Part shown: piece by piece, positions 1 through 12,243 of the stretch | Numbering within the stretch: the first letter of the stretch is position 1 | Layout: each line of letters starts with the position of its first letter | NCBI GenBank assembly: GCA_905178155.1 | Contig: CAJINV010000001.1 | Location: forward strand, 1,911,904 to 1,975,903 | DNA length: 64,000 nucleotides | DNA from: Amoebophrya sp. A120 | Taxonomy: Eukaryota > Protista > Dinoflagellata | Direction of reading: 5' to 3' | Program-made: the position numbers and the translations under genes | Notes under the pieces: model-generated | What the model was told of the DNA's origin: nothing | What the model saw: only the letters and a program-made list of their open reading frames with translations | Database searches by the model: none

Positions 1-3000
1 AAAATCAGTACCTCCTCCTTGTTCCGTCCGAACGTTATGCACTTCGAAAACTATTTTTGGCTCTTGTGGTACGGCAGCGGATGCCACGGTCACTGGCGCT
101 AGTGCTCGGCTAGTTTTCGCAAGCACGCCCGGCGCAGGACCTTGCTTGACCATCGTCTGAGGAGGCTCAACGTTCGTAGAGACCGCACTTGCTTTCACAT
201 TGACCACAGAAGATACGGATGTGTGGTTCCGGGTAGTGATGATTGGTGCAGCGCCCTTAGTTGTTGTACCGGTAGATGATCCTATCGCCTGAACAACCGG
301 CACCGCAATCGGTTTGAAATGATTTTGCAGGGAGAACACGGGATATTGCTTTATTTGTCCAGCTCCCTGATGCGTCGAGGATCCATTTGACAGAGACCGA
401 TCCCGCTGCGCCCCCGCGGACATGGCGCGCGGGGCGCTCTGCGGGGAAATCAAAACGCGGGGGCTTAGTGGCTGCCAGGCTGGGACGGAAATTTGCTTCG
501 TATTCTGGACCGCTCGTCCTCGCGAAGAGGATGCAATTGTGTTCCGCAAACCAGTCAATGCAAAGCCGGAGGTAGCTTGTTGTTGTGTCGCCCCTCCACC
601 TTTCGAACAAGTGTCATCGGTTTTATTGGTCGTGTTGAGTACCGATACCTGCCCTGTTTTCCGGAACAGCGTCTTCGCAGGGAAATCGTCCGAATCCATC
701 GGACTTTTAGCCTTGTACAGTCTGGGTTGCGGCTCGCTCTGGTTTTGCACTCGCCGAACGGAAGACTTGACGATGATTTTCTCTGGTGGCTGCTTCATGG
801 CACGCGACGCTGACGAAAACGCTTTTGCAGCCGTCGAACCGGAACCTGTGTTGTTACTACCGGTCGCCATAACATCACCAGGCGACTGCGGTTTCGATAT
901 CCCAATCTGCTTATCGCCGAGACTAACGCGGTTGGGACTTCGGTGGGCGCCCCCGCTGGCGTTCTTTTTGTTGGAAACCGGAGAACTACGAGAAGTCGTC
1001 GCGTTTCTGTTCTTCATCCCCGCCGGGCTGTCGTTTGGTCCGTTTTTACCTGCACCACCGAAACCGAAAGACGGTGTCTCCGTCATTCTATTCGTTCCGG
1101 TTGTTGTCGACGATTTCTTCTTCGGCTTCGGACTTTCGAGCAGAAACTTCTTCCCGGGAGATTGTTTCATTCCAGTTTTCGTTTTCCCTCCGCCAGCTGC
1201 TGCTCCTGCACCGGCTGTTGTACCCCCTGCAGCGACGCGAACAGTTGTGACTCTACCCGTGCTCAGCGTCGCTGTCGCCACACCAGATACAGAACGCCGC
1301 ACGTGGTTGCTGGCTTTCGCTATGCTGACAGCTGCTGTGGTTTTGTTCAAACTGGAGGCGGGCTGCTCGTCCACCAATTTTTTCAAATTTCCCACCCCAG
1401 CAGCTCCACTTGTCATGATTTGTTGTCGACGTGTAGCTGCTGCTGCTGCTGCTGTTCCCGCAGCTCCTATTCCTCCCCGAACATCAAGTAGTTGCGAAGG
1501 ACCACCACCCATCCGTAGCCCAGTTGAGGTTTCCAATGGGGAGGTTGCGCGCTTTTTACTGGAGACATTAACTCGTGTCGTGGGCGCCATCGCGGAATTA
1601 CTCCTGGTTGAAGAAAGAATCTCCAGTCTCGGCGACCGCAACTCGTAACTGTTTCGCGACGACCGGTTGCTCTCCCAGGTGATCCACGCTTTCTGTTTCG
1701 TGTTCTCGAGCATGGCTTTCACCTTCTGGTTGTTCGCCAACGCATTTCGGGATTTCGACTCTATGGTTTTCGCAATTATCGTCGTGCCGGTCTGCGCGGT
1801 TTCGTGGATCAATTGTTGTTTATTCATCATTTCGACCACACCAGTCAACCGGTTATTTCGGGTGCTGGAAATCAAGACCGGCGACGTACTGCGAGAGGAC
1901 TTTAAATGTAATCCCGCCGGCGCATTTATTGCAGCGCTATTTGATGTTGTCACGTTGTTCTTGTTTTTTCCAGCCCCGCCAGAACTACCAATCAGCAGCT
2001 TCGGCACGAGGGGCGCAAGTGTTGCCTCCTGCGGGCTCGTTGTGTTCACGGAGTTGCTGTTGCTTCGCCGGCCGAACCCGATCGACATAGACAGCTGCGC
2101 GATTTCCGTTGCTGGGCTGTAGGGCGACGGCTGTGCACTTGTCGCACGGTCTCGGGACGAAGCAGAAACGAAAACCGGAGCAGCGTGGTCAAAACCCGAC
2201 GTCGGGGAGGACAGATTGGCATTATTCCCGAACGGCCGAATGTTCGCGCCAACACTCTGCGCCCGGATTTTGGTTGGGGCGAAGGAAAATTTATTTCCAG
2301 TGATTATGTTTGGCACGAGGCTTTTTTTACCGGTATCAACTAGACTTGTTGTGACCAAAGCGGCGCTTTTGTGTGGGATTGATGACGAGGAAGTCGCTGA
2401 TGTCGCGGTATTATTACAACCTAGCTGCACGACGACGGCCCTTGGCGACGGTAAACGGACCAGCCAGGGATTGTTGCGGGAAGACCGCGAGGAACTGGCT
2501 TGTGACGAGTCTTTCGAGGAAGAAATCTCAACAACGGCAGCTTTCGTGTACGCAATTGGCTCTTTGACAACTTTGCTCGTAGAAGTTGACGAAGATGCAA
2601 GTTGTGCTGACGTCTTCGTCACGACACCAGGGACTGCTGTGGTGCAGGGCGCCGGTGGTTTATCACTACCATTGCTTCCAGCTGCTTCTACCGGATCTCG
2701 CAAGCAATCGGGTGAATACCGAGGATCGCAGAATGGGCGAGCGCTAGGCCGGTCAGAAGTGCGGCCTTCCTGCAGTGATGTTCCTGCTGTGCTGTGTTCC
2801 CGCGGAGAGCTCCGGTCCTGCGGATCAGCCTCGCCCGGCTGCACTACTTCGACGGCACTGATTCGATCGAAAGCGTCCTCGGGGCGCACTGAGCCTGCTA
2901 TTCCGGTACCTGTACCACCTCCAATGTGTTGCTCGTTGTATTTCGACAGCACCATCGTGTCCTTGCTGCTGCTAAAACACGACGTGTTTTTCGACGATTC

Positions 3001-6000
3001 GTCCGCTGTAATTCCGACTAGTTTCACACCTGGAACTACCCGATCTGCAAAACTGCCCGTCACCTGTTCCTGTTCCGTGCCAGATCCAGACCCGGCGGTT
3101 GTCTCGCGGTTGTCCACGGGAATCAGAGCCCCCTCCGTGCGGTAAATGAAGCTCTGCTGCGGCGGCCGGGTCCGGATCGGCGAGAGCTCGCGCTCGCTTT
3201 GCAGGGAAAAGCGCGGTAGATTTTCGCCGAGAATCGAAAGCTTCTTTTTTTCCGCGCTGGAAGCGATATTGCTGTCCGGGCTCTTCTTCGTGCTGCTGCT
3301 GCTGTTCCAGTTTTGATTGTCTTTTCCAACAGAACTCGTCTTCTGAAATTCGTCATTACCAGGGGAAGAGCGTCCCTCGGTGTGCGCCACACTGCTGGTG
3401 CGGTTCAGCAGCACAGCATCGTTGTTCATCTCGGCTGTTTGTTGATGGTAGCTGTCGTTATTTCCATAGTTGTTGTTCTCGTCGTTAATATTTGCAGCAA
3501 CTTCTACCTGCAACGAGCGAGATTGTGACATGCTCGCTTCAGCTTCTTCAAACGAGCAAAGCTGCTGACCGCCAAACATCACGACCGAAGGACTGCGGAC
3601 GTTGTGGGAAGTAGATTCCTCCTTGGTGTTGACTGTGTCGACGAGACACAGGCGACTTTGGTGCGGCAGTTGTTCCTCCTGCGGCGTGCAGCTACTACTG
3701 GAAATCTTGCTCGCCATCAGGGGGTCGGGTGCAGGATGATCTTGTGTAGCAGTGGTCTCTTGTGCATCTTCAACTGGCGCAGTGCCAGACTCTACGTCGA
3801 CAGACACACCTTGCGTAAAAGGGTTGCTATTCCTCTTTTCGCCAGTCACGCTGCTCGCAGCAGCGGTGCCTGTATCAACTGACGACGAGTTATTAAAGGT
3901 GTTACTACACGACGTCGCGCCACTCGTACTTGCTGTCACGGTCCTCGACCCGCCACTAGTAGTACCGCCGCTTGCGAATCCGGGGCGCTTGAGCTTCGAC
4001 GGGGAGTTCTGGAAGAACTTCTCAGCTGAGGTTGTTCCCGGACTCGTAGCTGCACCTGTGCTTCTTCTTTGCGGAGGTTTCGACGAGGCAGACTGAATCT
4101 GGTCCACCCGCGACTGCAGATTTTCGTATTTTCGCTGCACGTCCGCGAGCTCGGCTTTCACGCGGGACAGTTCATCGGCGTTGTTCTCTTCATCTGGAGG
4201 GCGAGCAGGCGGGTCAAGGTCATCTTTATCTTCGCCCTGCTCCACTTCAAGAATCGCGATCTGCTCTATTTTGCGCTGTTCCTGCTCTTGCACAAGAACT
4301 GGTTTCCACAGTAAAATTCCCGTACACGTACAAATGCAGTGTCTGCATGACAAAACTGGGCTTCCTTTACCATGACAAGCGTTATGCTCCAATTCGCTGA
4401 AATTTGTGATGCATTTTGTACACGTACGGGAAATTTGTATTGCATAACTGGATCCGCGCTCGCACTTGCGTCCTCCTCGTCAGCTTCGACGACGACTTCC
4501 AAACTGGACAGTGGTTGTTCCGCGGCAAGATGAATGACTTCTGGTGTCAGCTCATCGGGTGCCGCTGCGTCCTGAGCATCCATTTGATCAGAGATGTTGA
4601 TTTGCACCTCCTCATCATCTCCTTCATCGTCCTCGAGACCCAAACCCAACAAGTCGCAATCGACGAAGCATCTCCCCCTGGGGCAGTAGAACTCCAGGCG
4701 GAGCGTCGTGCCAATCGAGAGGATATCGCCATTTTGAAGGAACACTTGTTCCAGTTCCAGTGCTGTGGCGTCGATAAGATCTCCGTTTACAGAAATTTCC
4801 GTTTCCGACGACTGCTCATTGGTCAGTGCTGCCGCGACAGTTGCCCCAGCCACTTCGCCCGACACTCGATCGTAGACCAAGGTCAAATTTGCTTGGTCCT
4901 TCCCGGCACCGACTTTTGAAACGCGTTTGTCTCCGAGCGGGAACTTCAGCAGTCTGTCGAGCATCCGATCAGGATGGAGATTCAGGAGAAACGGCCGATC
5001 TGCTTTATGATTGATGCCCTCGTGGTCCTCGTGCGCGTTCACGCTCCGCGCTTCAAAGGAATTTGATAGGTTAGCCGCCGCAGCGGTTGCACGACAATCA
5101 GCTTCAGGATGAGTCAGTCCTGTCGTTGTCCACTTCGGCACTTTCCCCGTCGCCTGCACGATATTCTCCGGCAACTGGTTTGCTACGGATTCCGCCGCGA
5201 GTGACTCCAACAACTTCACACTTTCGATTTCAAATCTACTTTTTGTCGTCGTCAGGCGGGACAATGAGGAATCATCGTGCGGCGCGGACTCTTCAGCTGT
5301 GCCACTTGCAGAGTTCGTCTTCGTGTTCATCAGCATGCCACTCCTCAGTTGTTCTACTTTTCTCGGCGATTTAACGCTCTGCTCCGCGAAGGCCAGCACG
5401 TCCTCCGCGAGAAGCTGCGAAATCAAGACGTGGTCCGCGGTCCGTTTCCCACCACTCCCGCCCTTCTGCAGTTCCTTCTGCAAAATCCGCATGTCCCCGA
5501 ACAACCGGTCCAGAAGCTGCTCCCTCCCGGAATCCCAGCAGTTGTTCGGAGATATGGCGTTGCAGTTTTGCCGGCAGTGGTGGGTGAAATGGAGGGTCAT
5601 ACACAGCAAATTACCCACACACGTGCAAACGCGGTCTCTGCATGAAAAAACTGGGCTTCGATCCTAGTTTTGCATGGCAAGCGTTAGAAGTACACTCCAA
5701 ATTGGTGAAATTTGTGATGCATCTTGTACATGTACGGGAAATTTGTATTGCATACGGGTGTCGATGGTCGCCGCGGAGAGATTTGCTTTCATCGTGGCAA
5801 ACACTACCGTTCTGCAGTTCCCGGAAAGCGCGTGCGCGAGCAGCATCAGCAGTTTGTGCTCCCGGTAGGCAGGGAGAAAGTGGTCAAGGTCGCTTTGGGA
5901 TTGCTGAGTAGTAGATGTAGAACAAGCAGGGTTATAATTTGCAATACTGTTCATCGTCGGAAAAAACTGGCTGCTTCCCTGGCTGTTGCAACTGAGAAAG

Positions 6001-7978
6001 CTTTCGTCGTTTTTGTTCGTTCCCGCACTCGTCGGGCTGGCGAGATGGAAGGAGCTAGAGGCCGCGCGGTCCTTGTTCATCTTCGCACTTTGCGGCGACG
6101 CGGAGACAGACGTACTATTCGTTTTCTTCGGACTGGAAAGCGCAGAGGAAACAGAGTTGTACCGACTGGACTTCTTCCCCGGCAGCGGCGGGGGCGCGCC
6201 GAAGGAGGGAAGCAAGTCTTTTAGCGGTGACGTTCTGCTGTGCACTACCTGTTTCTCCCTCTGTGCAAGCTGGACGCGATGCTTGTGCTGCGGCAGCTGC
6301 TGGATGCACTCGGAGAGTTTGGTGAGAGCAATGTCTTCGTGGTCGTAGTTGTCACAACTTCTTGACGAGGTGGACGAGTCGTGGCCTGCGAGGTCGACGA
6401 AAGTGAGACTGGCGACCTGGAGAATTGGCGGCGGAGAGGTTGGGGTAGAAACATTTGAGGAGCGACTGACGACTGCTTTCGACAAGAAAGTTGAGGTCGT
6501 GGTTAAGCTTGTAGATTTGATCTTCGCCTGTGGCTGCTTTTTTGCGGTTGCTGGACCTGGACCTGGACCACCAGCAGCACTTCCTTGCATGCTATTGCCA
6601 CACGACGCCGAGTGTTTATTTGCGGTTGAGCTTGAGCTTCCCCCTCCAAACGCCGTCGCGGGGGCGTCCGAAAAAAATGACGTGCCTGGTCCATCCCCTA
6701 ATAAACTGCTTGCAGCCCCAGAGGGCGATTTCGGCGACACAGTTTCCACACTACACGAGCTGTTTTCCACGCCAAAAGCCTCGCGAAATTCCTCCCGTCT
6801 TGACTTTCTCACTGGTTTCGGAATCTTTGAAGGCGGATGAACAGGCAACTCTGCAACAACTTCCTCCTCCCCCTTCACCGGCGACCCGCTGCAGCTCATG
6901 GGGAGATGACTCCTCGCGTAGCGTTCGACGAGGAAGGTCAGGTAAGTGTGTGCGGTTCTTTTCCACCCTGATAACGCGCGTGATTTGAACGCGTAGTCGA
7001 GAATTCGTTGCACGTCCCCGATCGAGTCGATGTCGTGCCGGGCGAGGTTTTCCACGACCAGCCCCGCGCTTGGCCGGTACCGGATGTATGGCTTGCTAGT
7101 CCTGCTGGATTGATGGGAGGTCTTCTTGGGTGAAGAACTACACGAAGCAGCGGCATGATTAAAAGAAGGTGAGGACTTCTTGCTTCTTGGCGACTGTTGA
7201 TCACATTTTTGTACAAGATCTTGATCTTTAGCATTATCGATATCAAGCAGATCTCGCATCTCTTCCCGGTCCAGCTCGAAGAAGCTGCAGCGGATCGAGT
7301 AGACGAAGCGGCTGTGGTCGAGCGAATCAAACAGTCGGGAAAAGACCCCCGGAACGATGGACCCAAAAAGCGCGGTGGATTTCCCAGTCCCGTGGCCGCC
7401 GTAGGTGAGTAGGCAGGTGTTCAGCCCCTTGTGCACAACACTGTCCACGAGCGGAGCTGCAACGAGCTCGGATACCTGGTTATTTGGGTGTGACAAAGTG
7501 TCGTGGTCGGTACAACAGAAGAGCACACGTCTGAATTTAGATTTACGAATTGCAACCTCTAAAACGGCCTGAAAGTGATGATGCTTTGTTGCGGAGGTCG
7601 TTTCTCTGGGATGTTTTCACTGGAGTCCGAAAAGTTTTTTTCAACAGAGCTAGCACGACTGTAAGAAGATCTACTTCTCATTCTCACCTCTCTGCCTCCG
7701 TCGCTCGGGCGGAGCGTGCGGTAGTCAAAGATGCGGTCGAAACTGTAAACGACGCCTTCTGTGACGAGCGTCTCATCGTCAGCGCCTTTCTGCAAAAACT
7801 CGGACTCATCGCTCGGTTCCGGATGGATCTGTAGAAACACCTTCATGCGCTCCGTCGCAGTCTGTTTTTTTGGCTGATGGTGCTTCGTTGGTCGCGATTG
7901 GTTACTTCCGAAGCCTGGCGCGGACGAAGCGCCAGCCGCGGAAGCGGTCGCGTGTAGATCCACGTGAAGCAGCGTCAT
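1..7978 (-). CDS. Divergent kinesin (kinesin-3-like: motor, FHA-like region, very long low-complexity tail), 3' end beyond window
   Basis: Motifs RMKVFLQIHP, YSFDRIFD, P-loop YGGHGTGKS, SFFELDREEMRDLL, FVDLAG, YREHKLLMLLAHALSGNCRT. PFLLNLHPD...VNG...LQNGDILSIG resembles the kinesin-3 FHA region. GT-AG intron 7476-7687; introner introns 5598-5759 and 4303-4451. The frame reads open from 4302 to base 1 (~1430 aa Ser/Thr/Gly-rich). Start ATG at 7978 is inferred. Confidence 0.8.
4303..4446. mobile_element. Introner family E (144 bp), non-canonical intron of kinesin
   Basis: TSD actgg at 4298-4302 and 4447-4451; inverted arms aaattcccgtacacgtacaaa / tttgtacacgtacgggaaattt; removal gives ADPV|LVQEQ. 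Confidence 0.85.
5598..5754. mobile_element. Introner family E (157 bp) in kinesin motor helix 6
   Basis: TSD agggt/cgggt; removal gives ATIDTLHFT, matching the kinesin ETLSTLRFA consensus. Confidence 0.85.
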
Positions 7979-8789
7979 GTTATTTTCGCACCGTCGTGTA
8001 CCGAGATGGAGATTTTGCTGGCTGACGGGGCCGCTAGGTCCGCTGGTAAAAGTGCTGCGCACACATCGCTGACATGGCCACGATTCCTTCTAAACCAACG
8101 CTACACCATTAATACGCTGACGGCAATGGCGTGGCTAGTGCTCAATTTCTAGTATTTCAAATGCAGATTGGAAATCCAACGAAGACCACAAATCATCAAG
8201 AAACAACACTTGCCAAAAAACCGATCTCTCCTCGGCAGAACTACGGCAGGGCTGGCAGCCACCGATCATGCCGGCCTCGGTCAACAAAAAAGCATATATC
8301 AAAAGTAGCACAATGCCAGTGCTGATGTCCGTTTTGGTTTTGTAAAATCTACCTCGCTCTCTCTCACAACAATGATGTCAATTATTCGATCCTGGCTGTA
8401 GTTCGCGTACAAAAAAACACCGGGACCCTTCCATCGGGCTGTGGCTTTGCTGCCGGCGGCGTCACCTGGTCGGGCTACCTAGTACTCACCAATCAAAAAA
8501 TGGTCGGAAACTGAAACCGAAACAGCTTCATCTTTAGACAACTTTATGAATTGGCATGAGCGCTGCGGCAGCCGCAGATGGAGCTGCATCTCAAGCTCAA
8601 CAAAAAGGAGCGCGTCAGAATTACTCCCAACTATGTGCATGCTCGAAGCGGAAGCGAAAGGGTGCTACACAGCAGCGCCTGCTCGTGTCCCAGGTTGCAG
8701 TATTTTCCACTGTCCCTGTGGTGTTCACGTTCATGCATGTGCTCAAAGTCGTCACTTATATTTCGTCCCCCATGAAACTCGCACTTGTA

Positions 8790-9361
8790 TTACTGGAAGC
8801 GTATTTCTGTATTCAGATCATCTGACGCCCCGGCGCGGGTCAACGGTAGGCACTTGCTGCAAAAAATACACCCAGACGGCGCGCGCGGTAGCCCGTCCGG
8901 ATCTCGAGGTGAGCCCAGTATTTGCGTTATTCCCGCTCGTGAAAAGAGGTACGGTGGCGGAGGTGGGTCGACACGGTAGTTCGTTGGAGCTATTTGCGTC
9001 CGGTCCAAGTCCGTCGCTGACTGAAGTAGTATTGTATGTAGTTGCTTTCTAGCCCCTTGGTACTATTAATGATTTTCATCTGTTGAGGCGTGGCGCAAAC
9101 GCTCGGCTCCTACCGCTTATATTGGAAAGTAGAAAAATTTAAATCTACACTCAATACGGCATTTCGCTTCATCACCTCCATCAGGGGGCCGTCTCTCTGC
9201 GGCACCGATGAACTGCCTGAAGGACCACCCAGACCGACGACAGGTGTTATTGCTGTTGTTGGACCCGCCAGGGCTTGGTTGAAGTAGTTTGGCACGGGGG
9301 GCTGGACTGGCGCGCTTCCCGAAATTATACGCGTGTGGTCGAAGCTCGTCTGCATGGCCAT
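8790..9361 (-). CDS. Small hypothetical Pro/Gly-rich protein, probably two exons
   Basis: ORF 9361-9110 (MAMQTSF...) can be joined by a short GT-AG intron (acceptor near 9063) to YQGARKQLHT...DRTQIAPTNYRVDPPPPPYLF...RFQ*; no recognisable domain. Confidence 0.4.
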
Positions 9362-12243
9362 CTATTTCTGGAAGCGTTTGTATTTCGTACTTTACGAAAA
9401 AACTCTGGTATTCTCGTACTTTTACTTCATGACTTCATAGCCAAATCTATTATCGTGTTGGTGTTGCAATTTTGCCTCTCATTCCTCGTTAACTTTAACG
9501 GTAGAGCTGGTCAACCCTTCCATGAGAGAGGAGACGCAGCTCGCGGAGCGACATAGACTGTGCTGACTGACATAGTACGTCTTCATATCAAAAAAAGTAG
9601 CAGTATAACTGCGGGTCTTTTCGTGCGCCGTGCTTCTGCTCGGATGCCGTAGAAAATGCAAATCCCGAGGCGTCTCTGCGGCAGATAAAGCTGCGCGCTC
9701 CATCGGGCGGGTGTGTGTCGGAGTAGTAAGTAATAAATCCCATAAGCATAAGACCCTACTCTCGGCTTACCCAATCCGCCGAACACTTACTTTTTTTGAT
9801 TCAAAAATTTCAAGCGACGTAAAGACACTTCGTTCCCGGTCGCCACTCCCAGTCACACACCAACACTCATCGTCTCCACTGAATTAATGACACACACAAA
9901 GAAGTGCGAGACGGCCAAATTCTGCCGATGACCAAGCTGGCAGCACCCATCTCACCTTGCTTCGGCCCCAGTGGGGCCGACGCGGCCGGCAGGTGCGGAT
10001 TGGGGCGAGGGCCACCTTCGCCCCCTCCGTTCGTCCCCCGACGGAGGGCGGCGGGCGAGCGTCGCAGAAAGAAGGCTACTTATGCACGCGCCGCGCCCGG
10101 CCGCGCCTCATCCCGGAGGGGCGCACACTCACCAACCCCTCGGGGAAGCCGAAACACGGGCGCCGGGCAACACACGGGCACCGGGGAGAACGAAGGAACC
10201 AACCCCCGCACGGAAGACGAAGCCCGGCCCCCCCAAACGAAGCCACCACCCACAATAGGCATAACAATGCACATCCCTAACATGATCGATCCCCCCAAGC
10301 ACCAATATCGACGGCGGGGGCGGGGGCTGGCCCGGCGGGCCGGGCGCGACGAAGGGCGGGCCGGCACCACGCCAGGAAGCCCCACCCCCCGCCCGCACTT
10401 CGCGACGCTGCTCGCGCCCCCTCAATATACCCGGACACCGCGGGGCCCAGTGCGCTCGAAGAGCCGGGCGAGAGTGCAGGCCTGGCCTTTCCCGGGCGGG
10501 CATTGTCACCACTTTGATGTCGGCTTGGCTGGGGGCGACCCCGCGGCCGGTTAATTTTTTTGCCGAATCCGCGCACGAGCCTGACGCGCGGGCGCGGCGC
10601 CGGCCGCAGGTTGGCGGCGCGGAGCGGGGGCGGGCGGGGGGGCGGCCCCCGGGTGAAACCCACGCACCGCGGGGCCGGGTGGCCCCAATGAAAGGGGTCG
10701 CGAATGAGAAAAAACCGCAAGCAGGGCCCACGCGCTGGGGCGGAGGCGTCTCCCGCGTCATTCAGTCACTTACTGCGAAACCCCGCGGCTGCGCCCGCCA
10801 TGCCTTTTCTCCGCCCGCTTGCTTCAAGTATTTCCCGCGGCCTATTCCGCGCCCCTACCCTGCTGGGCCAACCTCCCCGGCGCCGTCTCCTCCGTCGCCC
10901 AAAACTGCTCGGCCTGCCCCTCGTTCCTTTTTGCTAACTGCGCGGGGGTAGCATCTCGCCGCGGTGTGCGCCGAGGGAGCGAGCCCGCGCAGGGCCGGCG
11001 GGCGCGCAGATAGGACGGAGCCAGCGGGGGGCGGGGGCTCGCGCAATTCGGCCAATGCGCACCCATTCGCCCCGCCCCTTAGGGGGGCGCAGGTCTGGCC
11101 CGGCCCTGCTTCCCGGCTCCTTCCTTCACTGCGGCAGCCTTGGCGGCGGCCTGCGCGTCGGTGGCCTTCTTGTTGGCCAGTTTCCTCTGTCCCTCCATGC
11201 ACTGCGTAAAGACAACTATGGCCCACCGCCGGCGTCGCGAAAGATGCCGAAACCGTCCCGCAACCTGTAGCTGCGCCCTTCAACGAACACAAGTAGCAGC
11301 AACCCGCCAGAAATAGACTCTGGGTGGATCGCTACTACTAAATAATAGCGAGAATTCTTGCTCGCCTCTTGGTCTGCGGGCCTCGCCCTCGGCGTCGAGG
11401 AGGACTTGCCATAGAAAGGAAACGGCAACCACAACGAAAGTCGGGCTTCAACGTCTTCACTTTATCGCTTTGAGGGGCGAGAAGAAGGTTTCTGGTCGTT
11501 ATTAGGTCCAACGGCTCTGCTTCTGCAGAGTTCTTCTCACGGTGTGAAGCTACATGAGAACGCGCACAACAGGGCGAATGCAAAGACATTGCTAAACCAC
11601 TACGGAAGATAACTCGCGCCGTTCCGGATTGTTGTCTTCCTTGTCGCGAAGTAGATTTCACTTTATACATGCCTTTTTCGAAGGTGCCCCCTTTCTTCAA
11701 CATAGGTACTTCAACTTCTACGAAAAAAAACAAACTAAAGGCAGGAATCTTTTGAAACGGAGGTAGAATAGAGGAGGTAGAAATCGTCTCGATGTTGAAA
11801 AAAAATATTTTTAGAGAGAGCCTACATCTCTTGCTTCTGATAAGGCAAACAAGACTGACTTCTTTAAGTTCTACTTTGATTACAGAATGAGCTACACAAT
11901 ACCGTAGAGAAGACGTTATTGCTCTACCATACAAGTTTAACTTCCAATCGCAGCCAGTTATCTTGTTGAAAAAATCATCACACATCAAGCACAAGGAAAT
12001 CGCAATTACGAAATTGAGCAAGGTGTTCTCGCTTGCTCTGGCAACAGTATCACCACGATCCAACTCGAAGCAGCGGTGGAGAAAACGCTTGACCGCCACA
12101 ATGCAGGAAGCAAATTCGTAGCTGATGGTCTTGCTGGAAAATAAAACCTTCTCCGCCGCGCCTTGCAGCTCATCATCTCTGCAAGAACTACTCGTCAGCA
12201 ACTGAGTTTTATGATCCGCCGTCGCTCCACCTGCGATGCAGCC

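Noticed and set aside
422-4096. Long plus-strand ORFs (408, 309, 151 aa, etc.)
   Set aside because: Antisense shadows of the open minus-strand kinesin tail, which the ORF track omits because it has no stop inside the window.
5603-5755. Alternative 153-nt intron using a catac direct repeat
   Set aside because: It gives TIDTRMTLHF. The 162-nt excision under the TAT/5-bp TSD rule gives TIDTLHFT, which fits the kinesin consensus better.
11338-12201. 287-aa minus-strand ORF just downstream of aconitase
   Set aside because: Non-ATG start, no recognisable domain and atypical composition; probably 3' UTR or intergenic, although its last part may overlap a real gene start.
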